From assembly GCA_016194325.1 (NCBI GenBank), contig JACQBS010000026.1, forward strand, positions 1 to 59,811: a DNA stretch of 59,811 bases, read 5' to 3'. The notes beneath the pieces are model-generated. The model was not told where the DNA came from, made no database searches, and worked only from the letters and a program-made list of their open reading frames with translations. Positions 9,536 to 18,225 of the stretch are shown piece by piece (position 1 is the stretch's first letter; each line of letters opens with the position of its first letter). Made by a program: the position numbers and the translations under genes. The DNA is from Nitrospinota bacterium (GTDB taxonomy: Bacteria; Nitrospinota; Nitrospinia; UBA9942).

Positions 9536-10363
9536 ATGTCTACAATTCTTGGGATTATAATTGGCATATCCCTGTTGTTTGTCGCCATTTTTGTAGAAGG
9601 GGGAGGGATTGGATACTTTATAAACCCGGCCTCTATGATGATTGTTATAGGAGGTGTTATTGCAGCCATATTTATCGGCTTCCCCCTGCCGAGGGTAATG
9701 GGAGTATTCAGGGCTGCGGCACAGGCATTCAGGGCTGACATTCAGCAGCCGTCATGGGTCATAGGACTTATCGTGAGGCTTGCCGTCAAGGCGAGACAAC
9801 AGTCTTTATTGGCTCTGGAGGGAGAGGCGGACAGAATTAATAACAGATTCATAAGGCTTGGATTGGAGATGGTTATAGATGGTCAGCCATCGGACTTAAT
9901 ACGGGATGTGTTGGATACAGAGCTTGATGTCCTACAGGTAAGGCATAGAGCCGGCGGACATATATTAAGAACTGCCGCCAAACTTTCACCTGCCTTTGGA
10001 CTTATCGGAACGCTTATAGGACTTATATCTATGCTTCGGAGTCTTGGGGCAGAGGCCGGTATGGGAGGACTTGGCAAAGGCATGGCTATATCTCTTGTAA
10101 GTACCTTTTATGGTGTTATGGGAACCAATCTACTTTTCCTGCCTCTGGCAGAAAAACTCCGTTCAAGGACAGATGATGAAGTTTTAAGAACAAAGATAAT
10201 TACGGAGGGTATCCTGATGCTTCAGGCAGGTGCAAATCCCAGGGTTATAGAGAGGAAACTGAATTCATTCCTACCGCCGGATCTGAGGATGTCCCATTAC
10301 GAAAAAATAATTAAGAAAATGCGGGTAGAAACCAAAACAGAAGGATCTGAAGAATTTGTATAA
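9536..10363 (+). CDS. motA: Flagellar stator MotA/PomA-family protein
   Basis: TM helices, 'LLALE', 'SPAFGLIGTLIGLISML', 'MAISLVSTFYG', 'EGILMLQAGANPRVIERKL'. Confidence 0.9.
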   Translation: MSTILGIIIGISLLFVAIFVEGGGIGYFINPASMMIVIGGVIAAIFIGFPLPRVMGVFRAAAQAFRADIQQPSWVIGLIVRLAVKARQQSLLALEGEADRINNRFIRLGLEMVIDGQPSDLIRDVLDTELDVLQVRHRAGGHILRTAAKLSPAFGLIGTLIGLISMLRSLGAEAGMGGLGKGMAISLVSTFYGVMGTNLLFLPLAEKLRSRTDDEVLRTKIITEGILMLQAGANPRVIERKLNSFLPPDLRMSHYEKIIKKMRVETKTEGSEEFV

Positions 10364-10368
10364 TTACC

Positions 10369-11037
10369 ATGGGGAAAAAAAACTACGATAAAGGCAGAGA
10401 AGACGGTGTAGAGGAAGGATATGAAGATGGAGAAGAGACTGCAATCTGGGCGCTATCATTCAGTGATATGATAATCCAGTTGATGGTCTTTTTTGTCCTT
10501 TTATTATCTATATCAGTTCCAAATGCAGAGCAATTTAATGCGGTGATGGAGCAGCTTCAGTCAAAATTTAAAAAGACGGTTGAACCCACAAAATTAGAGG
10601 CAGTTCAGGAACAGATAGAGAAGCTAATAGTTGATGAAAATCTTTCAAAGGATGTGCATTTAACATCAGATACGAGGGGTATAGTCCTCTTTGCAAGCGG
10701 CGACCTTTTTTTTAAATCAGGAGAGTCAGAACTGAATGCTGAAATAAAATATTTCCTTGATAATATCAATGACACAATAAAGGATGTCCCTTATAAATTG
10801 CTTGTAGAGGGGCATACTGATGATACCCCAATCAAAACGGAGAGATTTCCGTCAAACTGGGAACTGTCATCTGCCCGTGCGAGCAGTGTTGTGAAATACT
10901 TTATTGAAAAAGGGGTTGCACCTGTCAGACTTTCGGCTGTAGGGTATGCCGAGTATAAACCAAGGTTTCCAAAGACACCCGAAAACCGCCCCAAAAATAG
11001 GAGGGTGGAGATAGTTATATTGAGGGAAAGGGTGTGA
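10369..11037 (+). CDS. motB: Flagellar stator MotB-family protein (OmpA-like peptidoglycan-binding domain)
   Basis: 'WALSFSDMIIQLMVFFVLL' with the conserved Asp; 'VEGHTDD', 'SNWELSSARA', 'NRRVEI'. Confidence 0.9.
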   Translation: MGKKNYDKGREDGVEEGYEDGEETAIWALSFSDMIIQLMVFFVLLLSISVPNAEQFNAVMEQLQSKFKKTVEPTKLEAVQEQIEKLIVDENLSKDVHLTSDTRGIVLFASGDLFFKSGESELNAEIKYFLDNINDTIKDVPYKLLVEGHTDDTPIKTERFPSNWELSSARASSVVKYFIEKGVAPVRLSAVGYAEYKPRFPKTPENRPKNRRVEIVILRERV

Positions 11038-11632
11038 ATACCCTTCTTCCTTTGACAACAATTCTTCCCTCTGCAAATAATTTTATTGCCTCTGGATATA
11101 TTCTGTGCTCCTCCTTTAATATCCTTTCAGACAGAATCTCAGGTGTATCTGTATCCATGATCGGGACAACAGACTGTATGATTATTGGCCCGGAATCTAC
11201 ACCTTCATCTACAAAATGGACAGTGGCGCCTGTGAATTTTACTCCGTAATCCAGTGCCTTTTTTTGTACTTCAAGCCCCGGGAATGCAGGGAGGAGAGAT
11301 GGGTGGATATTAATTATCCTCCTTTTATATTTATTGACGAAATATGGGGTTAATATCCGCATGAAGCCTGCAAGACAGACAAGCCCGATATCCTTTTCCT
11401 CCAGTATCTTTATTATTGCCCTATCGTAGTCATCTTTAGATTTACAAGATGATGGGTCAATAAATACACCTTCAATATTATGCCTCTTTGCCCTCTCAAG
11501 GGCATAGGCATCCTTTTTATTACTGATAATAACTTCAATCACTCCGTTAATCTTGCCAGATTCAATTGCATCTATTATTGCCTGCAGATTTGAACCCCTG
11601 CCTGATACAAGGACAGCAATTTTTAAAGACAT
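11015..11632 (-). CDS. purN: Phosphoribosylglycinamide formyltransferase
   Basis: 'SGRGSNLQA', 'LAGFMRIL', 'NIHPSLLPAFPG', 'TVHFVDEGVDSGPII'. Confidence 0.97.
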   Translation of the reverse strand: MSLKIAVLVSGRGSNLQAIIDAIESGKINGVIEVIISNKKDAYALERAKRHNIEGVFIDPSSCKSKDDYDRAIIKILEEKDIGLVCLAGFMRILTPYFVNKYKRRIINIHPSLLPAFPGLEVQKKALDYGVKFTGATVHFVDEGVDSGPIIIQSVVPIMDTDTPEILSERILKEEHRIYPEAIKLFAEGRIVVKGRRVFTPFPSI

Positions 11633-11638
11633 AGGAAA

Positions 11639-13894
11639 TTATAAAGAAGTGTCAGTGACACTGACACTGACATTTTCAAGGGTTTGTTCTTTTATCTTTT
11701 TCAAAAGGGTGATATTCTCCGTGTGTCCAGTCATCCTTGCAGTTATCCGCCCCTTTATCTGTTTTCCAAGGAGATAAAAATCCCCGATTATATCAAGAAT
11801 CTTGTGCCTGACAAATTCATTATCAAATCTTAATTGTGTATTTATTACCTTCTCATTATCCACTAAGATTACATTACTCAATTTGCCGCCGCTCCCCAAT
11901 CCCATCTCCTCTAATTTCTCATAGTCTTTTATGAATGCAAATGTCCTTGCCGGGGCAATCTCATTTTTAAAAGATTTTTCACCATCTGCTACAAATGTAT
12001 AATCCAATCGTCCTATCGGAGGTGGATAATCCATTGAATAATTTACAGTAAACTTTTCAGAAGGCTCTATGTAGATATACCTGCCCGTTGAGATATCGCC
12101 AACCATATATTTTTTATCTATGACCATTTCATTTGCTATTTCATCCTGCTCTTCTATCCCCCCATCTTCAATCAACTGACAAAAATCAGCGGCAGAGCCG
12201 TCCATTATTGGCACCTCATCTCCTATCTTTATGAGTAGATTTGTAATGCCATACATGTGGAGAACTGCCATGATATGTTCTACAGTCTTTACAGAAGTCA
12301 TTCCATTCTTAAGCGTAGTGGCGTAATCTGTTGATTGAACATATTCTAAATTAGCAGGGACTGTTTCTCCGGATGATATATCACCAAATATTATTCCGCT
12401 GTTGGATGGCAGAGGTGAGAGGATTAAACCTGTTTTCAAGCCTGAATGCAGCCCCTGTCCGCACAAGACCACACTCTGCTTAAGTGTCTTTTGGAGAATT
12501 GTTTCCCTGTAAATATCGGCATCCTTTTGCAGACTGTCTTTTTCGCCCACGGGTATATTGAGTCTTTTTAATTTTCTGATCAGACTTATCCTGTCTGTGT
12601 TTAAGGCTGCTGCAGTTTTTGAAATATCAAAGTTATATTTTTCAAGATGATGGATAATAAATTCTTTCTCCCACGCCTTCTCAGCCTCTTCCATAGAACT
12701 ATAGCCGTCAAACCATGCCGACCTGCTCCTCACTGAAATAACAGGAATTGCAGTAGATACATCTTTTACTGATATAATATTCCCCTGTGCAGTCATTACT
12801 ATATGCTCAATAACATTCTTTAATTCTTTTGCATTCCCCTGCCAGCTGAAGTTTGTAAATATATCCATTGCATCGTCATCAATCTTTTCAATTCTCTTAT
12901 TATATTCATTGCTGAAATATTTGATGAAGTATCTTACAAGTTCAGGTATGTCTTCTCTCCTCTCCTTCAGGGAAGGAAGATTTATTGTTGCTTCATTGAG
13001 GAGATTTAAAAGCCCATCTTTAAACTTGCCCTTCTTGACCTCCTCTCTCAGGACTTGATTTGAGGATGCTATGACCCTTGCATGGAAGGGGATAAAACCC
13101 CTCCCCCCCTTTCTTTTATATTTTTTCTCTCTCAATACTTTTATTAATTTATTCTGGAGTTTTATGCTGAGCCCTTCTATATCGTCAAGAAAGAGGGTTC
13201 CATCTTCTGCCTGTTCAAATTTACCTTTCTTAATGAAGGCATCTTTTCTATTTCCGACTTTTATGCCAAAGAGAAACTCTTCTGCCTCATCCTCTTTTAT
13301 GGCAGAACAGTTTACCCTTATAAATGGGACATCTTTCTTAAGACCTTGAATATGTATCAGCCGTGCAATAAATTCCTTTCCTGTCCCCCTCTCCCCACTG
13401 ATGATTACATTTTTACGGCTGTTAGATGATGCCTTGACCAGCTTTTTTACCTCTGCAATAACATCGCTGTTACCTACAATTTCTTCTACTTCAGTGTTTA
13501 ATGTGATTATGAATTCTTTGGCAGGTTTTTTATGCTCAAATGCTGCCCTGACTGTTGAAATTACATTATCCAGTGACAGAGGTTTTTCTATAAAATCAAA
13601 TGCCCCAAGTTTTGTCGCCCTTACAGCGGTTTCTATAGTGCCATGTCCTGACATCATGATTACATCTAAATCAGACCGCAGCATCTTTATCGTCTTGAGG
13701 GTCTGGATACCGTCAAGCCCTGGTATCCATATATCAAGAAGGACAAGGTCAGGGGATTTAGATTTAATTATTTTCAATGCCTCTGAGCCGTCCTTTGCCT
13801 TTGATACAGAGAAGCCCTCATCTGCTAATATGCCTTCCAGGGAGGAAAGTATATTCTCTTCATCATCTACAACCAATATATGACCTTTGTCCAT
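11639..13894 (-). CDS. lpxC: NtrX-like response regulator (REC-AAA+-HTH) fused to UDP-3-O-acyl-GlcNAc deacetylase LpxC
   Basis: REC 'LLDIW...SGHG...EKP'; AAA+ 'GERGTGKE'; Fis-type HTH; then LpxC 'QKTL...GQGLHSG', 'TVEHIM', 'EIAPARTF', 'HKILDIIGD' in one reading frame. Confidence 0.88.
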   Translation of the reverse strand: MDKGHILVVDDEENILSSLEGILADEGFSVSKAKDGSEALKIIKSKSPDLVLLDIWIPGLDGIQTLKTIKMLRSDLDVIMMSGHGTIETAVRATKLGAFDFIEKPLSLDNVISTVRAAFEHKKPAKEFIITLNTEVEEIVGNSDVIAEVKKLVKASSNSRKNVIISGERGTGKEFIARLIHIQGLKKDVPFIRVNCSAIKEDEAEEFLFGIKVGNRKDAFIKKGKFEQAEDGTLFLDDIEGLSIKLQNKLIKVLREKKYKRKGGRGFIPFHARVIASSNQVLREEVKKGKFKDGLLNLLNEATINLPSLKERREDIPELVRYFIKYFSNEYNKRIEKIDDDAMDIFTNFSWQGNAKELKNVIEHIVMTAQGNIISVKDVSTAIPVISVRSRSAWFDGYSSMEEAEKAWEKEFIIHHLEKYNFDISKTAAALNTDRISLIRKLKRLNIPVGEKDSLQKDADIYRETILQKTLKQSVVLCGQGLHSGLKTGLILSPLPSNSGIIFGDISSGETVPANLEYVQSTDYATTLKNGMTSVKTVEHIMAVLHMYGITNLLIKIGDEVPIMDGSAADFCQLIEDGGIEEQDEIANEMVIDKKYMVGDISTGRYIYIEPSEKFTVNYSMDYPPPIGRLDYTFVADGEKSFKNEIAPARTFAFIKDYEKLEEMGLGSGGKLSNVILVDNEKVINTQLRFDNEFVRHKILDIIGDFYLLGKQIKGRITARMTGHTENITLLKKIKEQTLENVSVSVTDTSL

Positions 13895-13903
13895 AGTAAC
13901 AGC

Positions 13904-13970
13904 AGGTTAAGGTTGAGGTTAAGGTTTAGATTTTAGATTTTTTTCTTAACCTCGACCTTGACCTTAACCT
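13904..13970. repeat. AGGTT(A/G)-hexamer inverted-repeat element
   Basis: AGGTTAAGGTTGAGGTTAAGGTT ... CTTAACCTCGACCTTGACCTTAACCT between the ntrY-like and ntrX-lpxC genes. Confidence 0.8.
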
Positions 13971-13977
13971 ATATTTT

Positions 13978-16206
13978 TCATGCCGGCAGTTCAATTATAA
14001 AATTTGCACCTCTCGGCTGATTATCCTCAATTCTTATGATTCCACTATGGTCTACCACTATTCTATTTGCAATGGCAAGCCCCAGCCCTGACCCTTTTTT
14101 CTTTGTGGAAAAATATGGCAGGAACAGCTTATCCTTATTCTCATCAGGTATGCCTATACCATTATCCTTCACTTCAATCCTTACCGTTTTACCATCCTTT
14201 GTTAGAGATGTATCAATTTCTATAATCCCGTTACCATGCACTGCATCTATAGAATTTTCTATAAGATTTATGAATACCCGTTTGAACTGCTCATGGTCTA
14301 CATTTATTATATCTATTTTTGAATCATAGTTGGTTAAAAACTTTATCCCCTTCCTTATATCTTTGTAAAGGGCAAGCGTGTCATCTATAATGCGGTGGAG
14401 TTTGTAAGGCTTTGGATTAGGCTCAGGCATACGAGCGAACTTGGAAAATTCATCAATCAGCTTTTTAAGCCCCTCAACCTCTTGAATAATTACATTCGTG
14501 CTTTCATCAAATACCTCTATAAAATCTGGAGAACCCTCCTTAAACTTCTTTTTCAATCTCTGTGTATTCAACTGGATTGGCGTAAGGGGATTTTTTATTT
14601 CGTGTGCTATACCCCTTGCAACCTCCCGCCAGGCAGCGGTTTTCTGGGCCTTTATGAGTTCTGTCAGGTCATCAAATACTATTACTATGCCAAGGTATTT
14701 CCCCTCTGTATTTTTTAAGGCAGTTGCATTTACAAGGAGGGTAATTAATCTCCCTGATACCATAATCTGAATCTGGCCGTTTACACTCTCCCTTCTCGCC
14801 TCGTTCATGACTTTTATCATTGCCCTTACAGGGTCTAAATATGATGCATCAAATGCCTTTTTATACGGCTCTCCTTTAACCTTTTTCGCCTGAATATTTA
14901 ATATCTTTGATGCAGCTTCATTTATGGTAGAGACCCTCCCGTGGCTGTCAACGGAGATTACACCTGTGGCGATATTTTCCAATACAGTTTCCATGTAGCC
15001 CTTCCTCTGCTCCAGCTCGATGTTGGTCTCTTTTAATTCCTCATTTGCCTTTTCTATTGCAAGCTTCCCTTCTTTTAGATCAGAGGTCATCTGATTAAAT
15101 GATTCCACCAGCATTCCTATTTCATCATTTGCCTTGGCAGTAATTTTAAAATCTAAATTTCCCTCTGCTACCGACTTGGTTGCCTCAGCCAATTCCTTTA
15201 TTGGAACTGTTATACCCTTAGCCAGATAGAAACCAAACCATATTGCCGAGAATAGTATCAAAAGCGTAATAAGAAGAAGTGTTATCTCGTAGCTCAGTTT
15301 TATTGGATATTTGAGGAGTTTTAGCTGTTTGTATTCCTCAAAGGCATTCACAATATTCTCAATCTTACTAACCATATCCTTTGAAATGAACCAGGAGACA
15401 ACTGTTATGCCGGCTATATTCTGACTGCCGGCAGCAGACTGCTGAGAGATTTTTATAGGAGATACCCCGACTACGAGATTTTTTTTGTCTATCAATATAA
15501 TCTCCGATACATCTTCCCCGCTCAATGCCTTTTCAAGTAATGGGTTTAATTTTTCATTGAGTATCTTCTCTTTAAGGGCAGATTCTATGGATTCAGCAAC
15601 AAGATTTAGATTGCTGTCAAAGACAAGTATTCCGTCAACTTTGTAATCAACCCTCTTTTTAAGGACACTATTTTTAAGATACTGGAGATTTTCTTTATTG
15701 ACCATGTTCTTCTCTGAAATGAGTTCATTCAGCATGTTTGCATACAGGAGTATATTTTTTCCCGAGCCTGCATAATAACCCTCCGCGACATCTAAAGAAC
15801 CTTTCAGGGAGTTTTCTATCTGTTGATTGAACCAGTTATTTATACTGTTTGTAAGGAGTCCGCTGGCTACCAAAAACAGAAGAAGAGAGGGGACGAATGT
15901 AAGGACTGCAAATGACAAAACTAATTTTGTCCTGAACCTTGCACCGATAATTTTCCATTTTCTATCTAAATATAGTTTTACCAGATTTTTGCCTACTATC
16001 AGCACCAATACAGATAGGAGGATTATGTTTATATTGACAAGGAGCAGAACTGCAATATTGCTGGCAATCGGGGTTGATACATGAGACTGCTGTATATATA
16101 CTTCTACTGAAGTTAAGACAATAAGGAGCAGAAGGATACCGAATACTATCCAACGTGTTCTTTTCCTTTTTTTTCTGATGTATTCGTCAGAAAGACGGTA
16201 ATCCAT
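13978..16206 (-). CDS. ntrY: NtrY-family sensor histidine kinase (HAMP-PAS-HisKA-HATPase)
   Basis: Multi-TM N-terminus, HAMP 'DEIGMLVESFNQMT', H-box 'AHEIKNPLTPIQL', N-box 'NLIENSIDA', G-boxes 'DNGIG' and 'GSGLGL'. Confidence 0.88.
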   Translation of the reverse strand: MDYRLSDEYIRKKRKRTRWIVFGILLLLIVLTSVEVYIQQSHVSTPIASNIAVLLLVNINIILLSVLVLIVGKNLVKLYLDRKWKIIGARFRTKLVLSFAVLTFVPSLLLFLVASGLLTNSINNWFNQQIENSLKGSLDVAEGYYAGSGKNILLYANMLNELISEKNMVNKENLQYLKNSVLKKRVDYKVDGILVFDSNLNLVAESIESALKEKILNEKLNPLLEKALSGEDVSEIILIDKKNLVVGVSPIKISQQSAAGSQNIAGITVVSWFISKDMVSKIENIVNAFEEYKQLKLLKYPIKLSYEITLLLITLLILFSAIWFGFYLAKGITVPIKELAEATKSVAEGNLDFKITAKANDEIGMLVESFNQMTSDLKEGKLAIEKANEELKETNIELEQRKGYMETVLENIATGVISVDSHGRVSTINEAASKILNIQAKKVKGEPYKKAFDASYLDPVRAMIKVMNEARRESVNGQIQIMVSGRLITLLVNATALKNTEGKYLGIVIVFDDLTELIKAQKTAAWREVARGIAHEIKNPLTPIQLNTQRLKKKFKEGSPDFIEVFDESTNVIIQEVEGLKKLIDEFSKFARMPEPNPKPYKLHRIIDDTLALYKDIRKGIKFLTNYDSKIDIINVDHEQFKRVFINLIENSIDAVHGNGIIEIDTSLTKDGKTVRIEVKDNGIGIPDENKDKLFLPYFSTKKKGSGLGLAIANRIVVDHSGIIRIEDNQPRGANFIIELPA

Positions 16207-16229
16207 AAGTTTATCCTAAATAGAGAGTA

Positions 16230-16414
16230 GAACGCAGATTTACAGGATTTAAAATGAGTTACGCAGATAAATTCAATTTTTTCTTAGGAAACGCATGAAT
16301 AAAAGAATATCATTTCCTGTTCTCATGGATTCCTTATAATAATTTTCTTAAATCATATATTTTCTGCGTTCACCCCGTAAGACCTTCGGTCTCTTACGTG
16401 GTTCATCTGCGTCC
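16230..16414. repeat. CGCAGAT/ACAGGAT-type inverted-repeat element with an internal hairpin
   Basis: GAACGCAGAT (16230) and ACGCAGAT pair with TCTGCGT and ATCTGCGTCC (to 16414); internal CGTAAGACCTTCGGTCTCTTACG hairpin. Confidence 0.6.
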
Positions 16415-16427
16415 AATTGCATTTTTT

Positions 16428-17126
16428 TTAGTCAGCAGAAAATGGGGACGAAACTTCCCAGTCGGTTGTAACATCCCACAATGATACAAAGAAGAGGATA
16501 TAATTAAATGGGAACCAGAGTTTAATAGTTTTTAAATCTGCCTTTATATTTACATAATATTTACTACCGGATGCCGGCGGTTTTGTGGGCGTAATTTTTA
16601 TTGACTCTAAGTTGGCGAGCCACTTTTTTAATTCATCAAAATCCTTTGTAGCCTTTTCATTAATTAAAGGGGGCGAGGATTCAAGGGTTCCATGGTTCAA
16701 GGTTTTACTTTCACTTGACCCCTCAACTCCTTGACCCTTCAAATCCTTTTCACTATTATTCTTCTTATCAGGAGGCAATGCAGACTCCTCTATCTCTTCA
16801 CTAAATTTATATTCCTTTTTTAAGACATCATATTTAACAGTCCTTTTAATTGTCTTTGAGTATTCAGTTCTATCGTACCACCCTGAACGGTAGCGCATCA
16901 GCTTGATGTAATATGTAAATGTAGTAGGGGCGCCACTATGAATAATCTCTTCAATCTCGGTTGTAAAGCCCCCTTTTAATTTTGCAGAAAGGAGCAGTTC
17001 TGAAGATGAATTAGTTACAGATATATCCGCCATAAACGGACTTGAGGCATATGAATAGCCGGAAAAAAACAGATAGCAAAAAACAAATATAAAGCAATAA
17101 AATAAAAAGTTTTTAAATATTTTCAT
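16428..17126 (-). CDS. DUF4390-domain exported protein
   Basis: Signal peptide; 'IHSGAPTTFTYYIKL...WYD...VKYDVLKKEY'; located upstream of ntrY, the usual DUF4390 context. Confidence 0.75.
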   Translation of the reverse strand: MKIFKNFLFYCFIFVFCYLFFSGYSYASSPFMADISVTNSSSELLLSAKLKGGFTTEIEEIIHSGAPTTFTYYIKLMRYRSGWYDRTEYSKTIKRTVKYDVLKKEYKFSEEIEESALPPDKKNNSEKDLKGQGVEGSSESKTLNHGTLESSPPLINEKATKDFDELKKWLANLESIKITPTKPPASGSKYYVNIKADLKTIKLWFPFNYILFFVSLWDVTTDWEVSSPFSAD

Positions 17127-17172
17127 AATTGAGCTAATATCTTATCACAAATAAGAAAAAAAGTATTAAATA

Positions 17173-17204
17173 ATCTGTGTTTATCTGTGTAAATCTGTGG
17201 CTAA
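17173..17204. repeat. Single arm of a CACAGAT-family repeat
   Basis: ATCTGTGTTTATCTGTGTAAATCTGTGGCTAA. Confidence 0.6.
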
Positions 17205-17217
17205 TAATCTTTTTCTT

Positions 17218-18138
17218 TTATTCGTTTTCAAAAAATCTTATAGTTTTTGAAAGTCCGTCTTTGAGAGGATATTTGGGAGTCCAATTATATTCAGAATTTA
17301 TTTTGTTATAGCTTATAACACTCCTCCTCTGTTCCCCCATCTTTGCAGGGCCATGGATAGGCTTTATATCTGTCTCTGAAATTTTAAGCATGAGGTTGCA
17401 GAGTTCGTTAACCGATGTCTCTATACCTGTGCCAATATTATATGTTCCATTAATGTCGCTTTTTATAGCCATAATATTAGCCTCCACTACATCTTCCACA
17501 AATGTATAATCTCTTGTCTGTCCCCCATCGCCATTTATAATAGGCGGTTCCCCCTTTAGAATCTTTTTTGCAAATATAGCCACTACGCCTGCCTCTCCAT
17601 GCGGGTCCTGCCTTGGGCCATATACATTGGCATATCTCAGTATTGTAAATTCAAGATTATATGTCCTTTTATAAAAATAGAGATATTTCTCTGAAGCCAA
17701 TTTTGAGATACCGTAAGGGCTTAACGGATTTTGCGGGTGTTTCTCATCAGCAGGAAAATAATCCTGCTCGCCATAGACAGCACCACCTGTAGAGGCGAAG
17801 ATAAATTTCTTAATTTTATACTTAACTGCCAATTGCAGAAGATTTAATGAGCCGAGTATATTGACATCCGCATCATAAATAGGGTCATCAACAGATTTTC
17901 TCACATCCATCTGGGCTGCGTGGTGGTTTATAATATCAATCTTGTTTTCTTTAAATATACCCTCTAACCCTTCCCTGTTTCTTATATCAATCTTATAAAA
18001 TTTTGCCTTAGGGTTTAAATTCTTTAATTTACCTGTTATTAAATTATCTACAACTATTACCTGATGACCTTCTTTTATAAATCTATCTGCTGCATTGGAC
18101 CCTATGAAACCTGCACCGCCTGTAATAAGTATATTCAT
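17218..18138 (-). CDS. UDP-glucose 4-epimerase-like SDR (extended)
   Basis: GGAGFIG, 'HHAAQMDVRKS', YGISK, 'NVYGPRQDPHGEAGVVAIF', 'QTRDY'. Confidence 0.9.
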   Translation of the reverse strand: MNILITGGAGFIGSNAADRFIKEGHQVIVVDNLITGKLKNLNPKAKFYKIDIRNREGLEGIFKENKIDIINHHAAQMDVRKSVDDPIYDADVNILGSLNLLQLAVKYKIKKFIFASTGGAVYGEQDYFPADEKHPQNPLSPYGISKLASEKYLYFYKRTYNLEFTILRYANVYGPRQDPHGEAGVVAIFAKKILKGEPPIINGDGGQTRDYTFVEDVVEANIMAIKSDINGTYNIGTGIETSVNELCNLMLKISETDIKPIHGPAKMGEQRRSVISYNKINSEYNWTPKYPLKDGLSKTIRFFENE

Positions 18139-18158
18139 TTAACCTCCATATTAATAAG

Positions 18159-18222
18159 AGGCTAAGGTTTAGGTTGAGGTTAAGTTTTAATCTTTCTTAA
18201 CCTTGACCTTAACCTTAACCTT
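18159..18222. repeat. AGGTT(A/G)-hexamer inverted-repeat element abutting the mutS stop codon
   Basis: AGGCTAAGGTTTAGGTTGAGGTTAAG ... CTTAACCTTGACCTTAACCTTAACCT. Confidence 0.8.
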
Positions 18223-18225
18223 TTG

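Noticed and set aside
9536-11037. Zorya anti-phage ZorAB
   Set aside because: The MotA homolog is normal length with no long cytoplasmic tail, and no zorC/D/E-like genes are adjacent.
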